Assembly (NCBI GenBank): GCA_001949185.1
Contig: BDGG01000004.1
Span: 29,566 to 93,565 of the forward strand
Direction: 5' to 3'
DNA: 64,000 nt
Source: Ramazzottius varieornatus
Lineage: Eukaryota; Animalia; Tardigrada
Part shown: piece by piece, positions 51,701 to 61,912 of the stretch
How positions within the stretch are numbered: position 1 is the first letter of the stretch
Layout of the letters: each line of letters opens with the position of its first letter
The notes under the pieces: generated by a model
Databases searched by the model: none
What the model was told of the DNA's origin: nothing
The model's input: only the letters and a program-made list of their open reading frames with translations
Translations under genes and position numbers: made by a program

Positions 51701-51732
51701 CTCGTGTCACCACCACATGGAGTCTGGGCAAA

Positions 51733-51930
51733 GTTCCTCAGAAGTCTGGGGTCACGGCGAAGAGGCATAGTCGATGAAACTTAGGCACGGGACAGGGTAG
51801 CCCAAGGGTAGGGGTCGGGGCTTGCCATGTGGAGGCCAAGAATTTCCAAGAAAAACCCGAAACCTTCCCTTGCCCTTCTCAAATTTCATCAGCTGTGCCT
51901 CTACGCTATGACCCCAGACTTTTGAGGAAC
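51733..51930. repeat. Foldback inverted repeat (arms of about 50 bp or more), probably a MITE
   Basis: GTTCCTCAGAAGTCTGGGGTCACGGCGAAGAGGCATAGTCGATGAAA resembles the reverse complement of the other arm, GTTCCTCAAAAGTCTGGGGTCATAGCGTAGAGGCACAGCTGATGAAA. Confidence 0.75.
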
Positions 51931-54350
51931 CTCGCTCACAGGCCACATATTAATGTTAAACTGCGTAAAATATAATCATCGTGCGACGCTCTGGTGAACA
52001 GAGCAAAATACGTTAAGGTCTAAATACATTTAGCCCTGCGACATCCCCGACGCGTATTCCGGGCATTCTGAACGACGGCTGGCCAGCATAAAATGAGAGT
52101 CCTTCTGGAGACAAGTCTTTTGAAACGAATTACCTTTTTTCCCCCTGAAGTCTGGATTGGAGAACTTATTATAACTTAGTTTCCGCGTGATTCCACTTTT
52201 ACAAGTGAATTTCACACAAACGCATTTTTATTCAATCGAGTTTTCCGGCAAATTTGTCCTACACTTATAGGTTAATATGCAATTCATAATTATTGTCATC
52301 TGTCGCAATATTAGCCCATGTGCAATGCTCTGAAATCAACCCATGAAGGCTTTTGTTATGTTTCGGCAAAATTCCCGACCGTCATGATCACACGGTTCCA
52401 GATCGGAGATTAGCCACTGGCTTTTTGCTGTTCTCGACAAGAACTGCATACCTGGCTGCTCGCGCTTCCTTCTTCTTCGATGGGAAACCTTCTGGATACC
52501 CGTGTTCTCCGGAGCAGCGTTGATCTTCGGTTGGGCGAAAATCTGAGTCGTGCTGACACCTATCGTTGCTTTTACCAACGTGGATAAATACGGTCAGCAC
52601 TGCTTCAGTTGCTCGTACAGACTCGGTGGCGGTTATTAAGGTGGCCACAGCGGGGTAAACGAGTCGCTGAAACACTCCCTGACATCAGCCTAGATTTTTG
52701 CCATCTTTCAACGTAGAGAAATCTCCAGGAAGGACGAGAGACGCCCATACAGCATAATGCAGTTCCTTGGAAGAATGATCAGGGGCTCGTGTGGGATGCA
52801 CAGTCGATACCTTGGCCTTGATCAAAGTCGCCGTGTCGAAGGTTAAACCCGGATCAGCTGCTGATGTCCCAGAAAGATCATTCGGACAATGAGATCCTTT
52901 GCAACGGAGCTGTTACAGGCGATCGGAAGAAATATGGCAGAACCAAGTCTGGGGTTGTTTTCGGTCTTCAAGCGTGAAAATTCTTATTCTGTCTCTGCAC
53001 CGTAAAAGATACCGAGGGACTTGACGAGATGCTCTACTTTTTAGGTGGTGGAGAAGCAAGAGTGAGTCCATGTGTTGCATGGTTTCTGTTGCGCTATCCT
53101 ACTCACTTTTTGATAACAGAATATCGTCCTTTCGATTAAAATTCAACAGTTAACCCTCAAGTGCAATCTTTCCAATTCTGTTGCTGCTTTTACCGGGCAA
53201 ATGAAATCGGCTCGCACTCTTACCGTGTACCCACGCTCGCTTCAGGTAATTGAAAACACTGGAAATCTCCAAAAACAGAACTCGTGCGTTTTGGAACTAG
53301 CTAGTGGTTCTGACCACTGGAAAGGCCGAGCAAAGGTGGCAAACATCACAAACCACTCGTCGGTCGGTCTCAACGTGCCCATCGTGACTGCCGTGGCTAG
53401 TTTGGTAGGAATATCGAACAAAAGATTTCGCTGCCCATATCAAATGAGCATTCTTTTACCTTCTCCTCGTACTAAACGTAATTGACGTGGATGAAAAATC
53501 AAAGACAGGGGTGCTAAATGCAGTTTACTGTAAAGGTCAGCCTAATACATACTTTCGATCAGTCCTTCTGGCCCGAGCAGAGGCCCGAGTACGAACCGCC
53601 TTCTTTGCATCCTTTGTCAAGGCAGCATTGGTTGCAACTTCCTTAATTCCACAGTGTCACCAGGTCATCCATCATAGCCCACTATCACTCGTTCGACTGC
53701 TACGGAATCATTAAACTTTGATCGCATGAACTAACATCGCGAGAACGGCACACCTTTTCACTACAACTGTTGTAGAGCGTTGGCTTACTGACGGAACAAC
53801 TTACCGAGGAAGTCACAGACCAAAACCCTGCATCGAAAGTGAAGAGTTATCCTCATGTTGAAATCTGGAAAACGGTGCTTTTCTAAAAAGACAGAAGTGA
53901 CCCCAAAGTTAGCAGTAAACCTACTTCGTAACCTGGCAAACGAATTCAACTTGTCACGAAGCGTCGGCTTATGTACGAGCTACAGCCTGGCTGAAAACAG
54001 CGGTTTTGATGTATGACCATGACGGTCCGGACCTGTAGTTGGTCAGATTTATAATTTTTCTTCGGTTGTTCTTTATTATGGACCATCTACTGATTAACGC
54101 GCGCAGTACTGTCGCGCCACCTGGTTTGCCGTAAATTTAATTACACCATGTGGTACATGCAGTATAGTGAACACAATTTAAAAAGAAATTTGGGGACGAT
54201 GAGGAAGGCGTTGTCCACATTGTACTTGCGGGAACTGTCGTTGCCTATTCCAACCAAAGCTACCTAGGTATGATATCAGTGACGTCAGCGTCGCAGACTG
54301 ATAAGATTTTAGGACATTGAATTCGAGTGCCTCGGGGTTGTGTGCAGACG

Positions 54351-55483
54351 TCATTTGCATGGAGAGCAATAGGTCTCCAGAAAAGCATGACGCAGTCTGG
54401 GCAACGTGAGGATAAACCATATGGGGTCGAACACGGGAGTAAGTTCATACAAAACAGTAACAATCTGATAAAACTGGCTGCCCAAATCCAAATTGAATAC
54501 CCATAGCGTGTTGTATAAGTTATCAGGAACGTAACATACTAGCACAGTAGCCGTCATCAGGGTCATCGCAAGAATACCACTTGATTTGATTCGGGTGGGA
54601 GCGTTGACTGGGTTAGCTGCGCTGACACTACCAGCTGCCGGGCCGCCCGAAAGACCAGTGGGCAGGATACCAGTAGAGGGTGTCACCAGTGGTTTACGAC
54701 GACGCGAGGCTTTGTAGTAAACGACCGGAAGCACACCAACAATGATAACCAGAGGGAAGTCGAATATCAGTAGCTGTATTGCTGCTTGCCACTCGAAAGG
54801 GGCATCTGTGCCGGAGTGACATTGCGCGATATCTGTAAACACCGGCAAGCGATAAATGTAAACGTCCAGCAGGATGCCCGGCAAAATGCAGAGATGCATA
54901 TAAAACCATTGAGCTATGCAGATTCCAGCAGCGGCCAGTTTAGTCTGCTTCAGTCTGTATGAATTGGGAAAGGTCACAGCCCAGAAGCGGTTCAGCGCAA
55001 TCAGTGCGTGGGCGTTAACCATACTTCCGGACAGTAGCCATTCCGAGTACTGGTACATGGTACACCAAGAGTCTCCCAGCCACCAGTTCACTCCCTGTAA
55101 AATTTTGAATATGAGTCGGCAGGCTTCACGAGAGACTCGGGAAGAGTACGTACGGGGAGTTCGATAGGAGCGTAAAGGTAGTCAATGAGGTGTAGCGTGG
55201 TGAAGAATGCGGACGATAGGATGTTGGCAACGCACAGGTTGAGGACGTAGATGGTAAAAGCGGTCACCAATGATCTATTCCACGCAAACAGGAAAACCAG
55301 ACTTGCGTTGGTCAGCAGAGCGCTGATCTGGACAATGAGAGTGGAGTATGATGTAGTAGTCCAGTGGGGTCCTCCGCCCAGCGCAGTCTGGTTGCCGCTA
55401 GATGCGTTGCTTACCGTGGAAGAAGTGGAGTTGTCAAACGGACTATCGGATTCATTGGTCAGCATCGTTGCTTCGGTGAACAT
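54351..55483 (-). CDS. Orphan class-A GPCR of the same family, 2 exons (intron of about 59 nt near 55095-55153)
   Basis: TM1-2 are in ORF 55088-55483 and TM3-7 in ORF 54351-55091. A phase-0 GTACGT...TTTTACAG intron joins them (ELP-GVNWWLGDSWC). Motifs IALNRFWAV and TPVFDPI. Confidence 0.85.
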
Positions 55484-56331
55484 AACAAGACGAAATAGGC
55501 TTGGATGGTGGCCACGTTTTGTGAGGAAGTAAGGTGAGATGGAATTCGTTCGATTTCCCTTCTTTCTTCACACGTCCATGTTCGATATACCATCCCTGTT
55601 CTTAAGCTTTCCGGCTGTAGCCGGCGAACATGTCCAACTTTACATTTGCTGCTTCAGGGCCCAATTACAGGTGATCATCCTCATAAGTGCAGTTACCGTC
55701 TGTTACCGGCAGATAGGCAGGAGGGCTCGTGATAATTTGCCTGGGTGCGGCTGTCTGAACCAAGATGGTGGTCCAGACTGGAATAGAGGGCTGTACACGC
55801 ACAAGAACAAATTATGGGCCAGTAAAAATTATGGACCCGGCCTTCTCGCTACGGCGGTACGAAAGCATGTGTGTCCGCGGCTGATCTACACTGATGCAGT
55901 TTTCGACACTGTTCTACGGTTAAATTTCTATTTTGCCGGTTCATAGAATCGTCTGGACGAAACGTGCCAGCCTGTGGCCTGTAGGGTGTCTGCCGATTTC
56001 AGCGTCGTGGGCTACGGCTTGAGATGGGCTCAAGTAGTTCGACCTGGTTCGTACCGATCTAGCGATGGCATGCAATTTTTCATGGGTCGGGTAATTGCTA
56101 TTTTTTTATTCACGGGTTTTGATTTCCGGTCAGGTGATCTCTGGATCTCGACCCCTAAGGGGAATCTGGGACCAGCCCAGCAAGGCTTTTGTTACGTGGA
56201 CTTATCCGATTTTGGTTCGTGCCGCGTGTTTACCCAAAAAGATTCTTTCTCGCGACTTTTTTAAACATCAAATTGATAGCTCAAAAATGGAGTAAAAACG
56301 CAGAAATGAACCTCGACAGCTGTTTTTGTAA

Positions 56332-57282
56332 CTAAGATGCTACAGGCGCAGAAAGTAACGGAAAGCTCATCCGGATTGTCCGCTCCAAGCCTTCTTGTTG
56401 ACCGAGCTCGTTAGCCGTTCCCGAAAGTCGCGGTCTTCTGTACTGATCCGGCAGAGTGTCCTTCTCCACCACCTGCATGCTCCCTTCAAAATCCAACAGC
56501 ATGACTGTCTGTGCTCTGGTTCCGTATTCTTTCTCGTGCGCCACCACATTAATGCTACTCACTCTCTCTAGAAACATTTGTGGGAAGTTCTCCGGAAACG
56601 ACTCGATCAATGCAGGGTCCGGAAAGAACTGCGTCTCTGTGCTGAGCAATTCAAACAGTGAAGACTGTAATTTCTCCCTGCTGTTGTCTGATAATCGCGG
56701 CATGCCTTCGTAATTCGATAAAATGGTTTCGAACAACTTCAGTCCGGAAGAAGCTTTGAGGAAAGGCTTATCCGGGTGAGAGTTTGAAAACACGAAGGCT
56801 TTAGCTTCGTTGTCCGACTTGAAAACTTTATGCTGGCTGTCCACATTGATCAGATAATGGCCTTCATATGCACCACTAGTTCCGTTCGGCTCTAGCATCA
56901 GAAGCAGGAATGGGTCGTATTCTTGACCGCGGAGGGAGAGATCTCTAGCGAAGTCAGCTACGGAATGTGGAGATCGAAGGAAGTCAGGGACCAAGCCACC
57001 GCGACCGCGGCGTTCGGGCGCGGTGTCTGGAAGGAGTGGCTGCCGGTTGCGCACATTGAGAAGGAAAGCAATTTTACCGTTAAGGGAATTCACAGCAGCC
57101 CATGTGCCATTCTCTTTTCCGGGAGTCAAGTCGCGACCTCCGATGATGTGGTGGTTCGGAGAGGGCCATCGCTGAAGCGGTGCCGAAGGGCGTGTGAAGT
57201 ATTCATCGCGGTTGGATGCCAAGCAGATACGAAAGGGAAACTTGGACGGAATGTTGTTGATCAGCACAAAACAGATACACAT
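56332..57282 (-). CDS. TANGO2: TANGO2/NRDE-family protein, intronless
   Basis: MCICFV start, LASNRDEYFTRP, GGRDL...GTW, RGRGGLVPDFL, FSNS and YGTRAQTVMLLD. Confidence 0.92.
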   Translation of the reverse strand: MCICFVLINNIPSKFPFRICLASNRDEYFTRPSAPLQRWPSPNHHIIGGRDLTPGKENGTWAAVNSLNGKIAFLLNVRNRQPLLPDTAPERRGRGGLVPDFLRSPHSVADFARDLSLRGQEYDPFLLLMLEPNGTSGAYEGHYLINVDSQHKVFKSDNEAKAFVFSNSHPDKPFLKASSGLKLFETILSNYEGMPRLSDNSREKLQSSLFELLSTETQFFPDPALIESFPENFPQMFLERVSSINVVAHEKEYGTRAQTVMLLDFEGSMQVVEKDTLPDQYRRPRLSGTANELGQQEGLERTIRMSFPLLSAPVAS

Positions 57283-58355
57283 GGTGCCGCTGAGAAAGTT
57301 TGCGGACGCCGGCGTTCGTCTGCAGGTCACAGCTAGATCAGATCTCCGAGATCAGGAACCCATCCTCCTGGGAATGGGAAGACTAAGAGCGCTGCTGTTC
57401 AGTATGAAAACAGTCTTACTAGTGATAATTTTTGCAAACAGCTGATCAGTTTTGCCATCTGTTATCACTAGGTTAGTGTCATGTCTTCGCTTCCTGCGCA
57501 TGTCGCATTGCTGTGTGATTTTAACTTTGTGGACAAAGTCTGCGATAGGTGGCGCCACATTGGGAGTGAACATACTTGGAAGGTCGGTCTTAAACTTTCA
57601 AGTTTCAGCGTTCTCCCTCCTGTTGATGTTCGTCTGTGTGTCCTTTATTGTGCCATTGAATGGCGCATTGACCCGACGGTGCAAAAAACCTAATTCAGCT
57701 AAATAAGGGTGATGTCGCTGTTGACGCCTGTGGTGCTAGCTATAGCTTAAATTTAAATGGAAACCAACCGAATCGGTGTTAGACACCAAGAGTTTTCCTG
57801 TCAAAAATCTGGCTAACAATTGATCAAATTAAGATGGGGTCGATTGAACGGATGCTCGGTCGATTGAACGGATTTTTGACCGAGAACCGCAGCCGAAATC
57901 CTCTAATGTCGGTACGCCTCTAAGAATTCTTCCGCCTTTAATCATCAGATGAGCGTGAGACAAATAATTACAGAGGAGGGTATTATCTACCATATTTTTG
58001 ATGGTACCGCTGGAAGGCGTGTCTGTGAGATCCCAATGATTGATAATTACAGAAAAGGGAATCATTTACCGCGGAAAGGCCTGTCTGTGAGATCTTCGCC
58101 GCTGAATAATTCTCTCAGTTAATCAATGGACGCCGCACAAGCCCGTGACGAGGGCCTCTTTTTACCTTATCGAATTCCCTCCCAGTCAATTGTAAATTGC
58201 GAAATGACAAGGCATGGTTCGAGGTCATACATAAAGAAGGGATTCAGGTTAATCGTAGTGCCCTGCAGCATGCATTTAGCTTCCACATTCTCTCAGTCGT
58301 TGTAGCTTTGAGTTCTGGAAGACCAAGAGCGCGGAATAACTGAGATCTTTTGAGA

Positions 58356-59471
58356 ATGTTAACAAAAAACAGCACCATGCCGAACCTCTGCAATATCTCT
58401 GTGTCCACCCAGAACACCAGTGTTCCTCTAACACAAGCCAGAATTTCCTGGGACTTCGCAGACACACTCAGCCTCGTGACCATCCTATTATCCTTCTCAC
58501 TGAACTTGACCATCGTTATTCTCTTCTGCCAGAACTCATCCTGTCGCACTTCCTTCAACTACTACATTGTTAACCTTTGTCTCACCAACCTAGCCTTCAA
58601 TTTTGTGTATCCACTGGACGTTCTGAATGAGCGCTACCCGTTCCACCTTCCTCCTTTACCGTTTTGCGTGTTCTTTCGATACATTACCTACATAACCCCA
58701 GCCCAGGTCAACAATGCCCACTTACTCCTCGCTTTGAACCGCCTTTGGGCAGTGACATGGCCGATTTCTTACAGACAGTTTCACCGCACCAACTCCGGTT
58801 TTGCTACGGTAAAAGTGTGTGCAACCATGTGGGCCTACTGTAGTCTGTGCGTCCTCCCGGGTATCGTGCTGGACGCTCTGGAACCACGACTGCCGGCGGA
58901 GATGTACCACTGTTCGTCTAGCGCGGCTACGCAATGGGCTTGGCAGGCCACAACCCAGATCTTGGTATACGACATCCCCATTGCAATCACCCTAGTGATA
59001 TACCCCTTCATACTCTATAAGACGTCCCAGATGGCGCGCGAGAAACAGCGCAAGGTTGGTCAGTCAAGAGCGGCAACGCGAACCGATCACAGTCGCCACC
59101 AGAGAACCGACGCTTTGAGAAGGACCTCGCAACGAGGACAGATGGAAATATCTGAGCACCAAGATGGGACACAGCAAGTTGATCAAGAAGAAGAACAAAC
59201 CGCGCTTAGGAATAAAGCGGCGCGGGGATGTGTGAATATTAATACCAGCGGGAATTTCTTAACGTTGTCTCTGTTAATTGTCAATGTGGCTTGTTCGCTT
59301 GTACCAGGCCAGGTATTTTACACACTCTTGGTTTTTGGCAAGTTTGTGCCGGAGATGTATACTGTCATGTGGATTTTGTATTCTTTGGGTCCCATTGTCG
59401 ACGCCCTGCTGTTCTTGACCACTGTGCACACGTTTCGTACTGCTCTGCAGAGAGGCTGCACCTGCACCTAA
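58356..59471 (+). CDS. Orphan class-A GPCR, close paralog of 47577-48728
   Basis: Seven TM segments with RTSFNYYIVNLC, LALNRLWAVTWPISYRQFHR, YDIPIAITLVIYPFILYKT, SGNFLTLSLLI and GPIVDAL. Confidence 0.88.
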   Translation: MLTKNSTMPNLCNISVSTQNTSVPLTQARISWDFADTLSLVTILLSFSLNLTIVILFCQNSSCRTSFNYYIVNLCLTNLAFNFVYPLDVLNERYPFHLPPLPFCVFFRYITYITPAQVNNAHLLLALNRLWAVTWPISYRQFHRTNSGFATVKVCATMWAYCSLCVLPGIVLDALEPRLPAEMYHCSSSAATQWAWQATTQILVYDIPIAITLVIYPFILYKTSQMAREKQRKVGQSRAATRTDHSRHQRTDALRRTSQRGQMEISEHQDGTQQVDQEEEQTALRNKAARGCVNINTSGNFLTLSLLIVNVACSLVPGQVFYTLLVFGKFVPEMYTVMWILYSLGPIVDALLFLTTVHTFRTALQRGCTCT

Positions 59472-60096
59472 AAACTTCATTTCCGGAAGGTTTGATGCAG
59501 TCATCGACTTGTTGACGGCATGCACCGATTAAGGTAGTTAATTGTTGGAAAATGCATATTAGACACTCAATACGACACCGTGCACGTGGCCTCTTCTTCA
59601 TGAGTAAATTAAAACTCGAGCCTGTTATTGCGGCAATTCCTCCACTTCGGGTTCGCAAGAGAGTGCACTGGGAAGCGGATCTCACAGTACCGTTTAAACA
59701 TCGAAAGCCGCGGGCATCGGAACGTTATTTACTTCAGTCTGTTGTAACATATAGGCGTAATAACATTCGTTTGAACCAATTTTAACAGGGAGAAGGTTAG
59801 AAGAGTGAGCATTCGACTACATTTGTTATTAAAACTCAAGTAAACATGAGCCTGAAAAACTCTGCGAAACACTAGCAACTGCTCGCAAAAGACGTAACTC
59901 TGCTTGCCCGCGGCACTTCATAAGTGTGACTTCTAAGTAAATCGTGTCACACAAGGATGCTGCTTTGATTTGTCTTCGTTTTCTGACGACCGCATTTGTG
60001 TCTTGCTTGAAAACTTACTCGACTTGGACGGACGAAACATCATCGTTGGCTTAGTCCTAACCGAGATCGGACGCAAGCGAGCTCTTCACAGCCACA

Positions 60097-61300
60097 ATGG
60101 ATCTCACTCGGTGTAGTTTTTCTCGTGTTTATTTGCGTTTCGCGATTTTCGCTCTGATCTTTGGTTTTATCGATGCACAAAGTGAGTTCTAGTTTGCAAT
60201 ATCATGTTAAGATTTCGCAGCATAGGTTCGTCGTTAGATTTCGTTTCTGGTGGCTCTTGATTACATTCATATGTGAATCCCGATCTTGGTAAACTGATAC
60301 GTTACTGTAATCGTTTCTAGAAAACCGCGTTCCACAAAAATGGACTGATGGCATCGTACCTTATAAGATAAGCAAACGTTTCGGTAAGCTATTGATCTTG
60401 ACGTTTGGTTATTCAAGGACTTCCATCCTAGCTGCTCTGCCATGATTGCGAGTGACTTTGGGTGATTGCCTGGAAAATTAATCATTTCCTTTAATTTCTC
60501 GTCCACATTTTGGTTCTCGGGTTCCACATTTGATGTATTTTCAGCACCCGCAGAACTCAAGCTCATTCTGGAAAGCCTGGCGGTGATCAGCGAGAAAACA
60601 TGCGTCAAGTTCAAACCATTCAAGGGCGAAACCAGTTTCATTCAGATCAGCCTAGGAATGCAGTAAGTCGTCTTCGCCATTCAACGCACTCAGTTTTTTG
60701 CGACGTCAACAGGTTGACAGTCCCGTCAATACTTTTGCGAACGCGTTTTGTCGCAGAAGTGAAGAAAAGAAGATATGATCGTTTGCTCTAATAATTTTTC
60801 CTGCACAGGTGTCAATCAGCAATTGGGCGGACAGGTGGCGCTCAGTCGCTCTTACTGGCGCGGAATTGCCTCAATCAACGAAGCATCCTTCGCGAACTGA
60901 TGCACGTTCTGGGCTTTAATGATGAGCACCTGCGCAGTGATAGAGATCAGTTCATCACCGTTAACCTGAATAACGTGGGAGAAGGTACCAGAAACCGAAA
61001 AAAAAGATACAAAAAATTGATATGTTGCGACCGTCATTTGAAAAACTGTTTCTTTTTCTAACAGGAGACCGGATTTTTTTCGAGAAGCTGTCTGATCAGG
61101 AATTACCGCGCTTCGGTCTACCGTACGATTACGATTCGGTTCTTCAGGTGCCGGCTAATTGGAAGGTTGATCCTAAAGCCTCCCCCAGCGCAGTCACCAT
61201 CGTACCCAAGGCTGGAAAAGGAGTGAGCCAACTGGGGCGTTCTCAAACCCTGACACATCTGGACATTAACAAGATCAGTAGTTTGTACGGCTGTAAGTAA
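60097..61300 (+). CDS. Secreted astacin-like (M12A) protein with degenerate zinc-binding site, about 5 exons
   Basis: Signal-peptide exon MDLTRCSFSRVYLRFAIFALIFGFIDAQ, then KWTDGIVPYKI, KTCVKFKP, CQSAIGRTGGAQSLLL..NCL, RELMHVLGFNDEHLRSDRD, LPYDYDSVLQV and LTHLDINKISSLYGC. Confidence 0.85.
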
Positions 61301-61912
61301 ATAAAGTGCTATCCGCAACACAGCTTGTGTGCTGCTTTCCGTGGTGAGTTGGTTAACTCTGCCCCGTGTGTAGCGGTATGGTTGGACGCACGGCAGTTAC
61401 ATGTCCGGCGGTTAGTCTTTTTCTCGGCCTTGTCTTGCACACAGTATAATGATGCCTGGATGCAGAATTATTGCTGAGGTTTTTCCCTCAATGTCAATGT
61501 AAATTCGGATGAATTCCGCGATATGACATGCTGATTACAGTTCGTGTGGGAGATTTTTAAGCTCCGTCGTGGTTACCTAACATTTGATTACCTTGAAAAT
61601 ATCGAAGGTACAGTCACCATACGTACGCATCGGTCCGTGAAATAGGTATCCGCTGAGCTGCGCAGACGCCGCAGAGATGGAGCAGGTTCAGCTTGACGAA
61701 TTATTGCAGAAAATGGTCAGACTTAACGTCAAAGCGTGGATGATCATTTCAGAAATTTTTGACCCAGCCGAAGGTTCGCCGTCCAGGAAACCAATTCAGT
61801 TTAGATTTAGTGCGTGTTTCGGTTGCTGCACCGATATTACAAATTCCAGACGAATGTGTTGTGTTCTGTTATATTCGTGAACCATCTTATGCGTCACAGG
61901 TACAGGCCGATC

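Noticed and set aside
52336-53070. Possible decayed transposase fragment (EPLIILP / ELH-IML-like words on the minus strand)
   Set aside because: It requires frameshifts and rests on a few residues; not supportable without an HMM search.
55088-55160. Apparent frameshift in the GPCR
   Set aside because: Explained by a canonical ~59-nt GT-AG intron.
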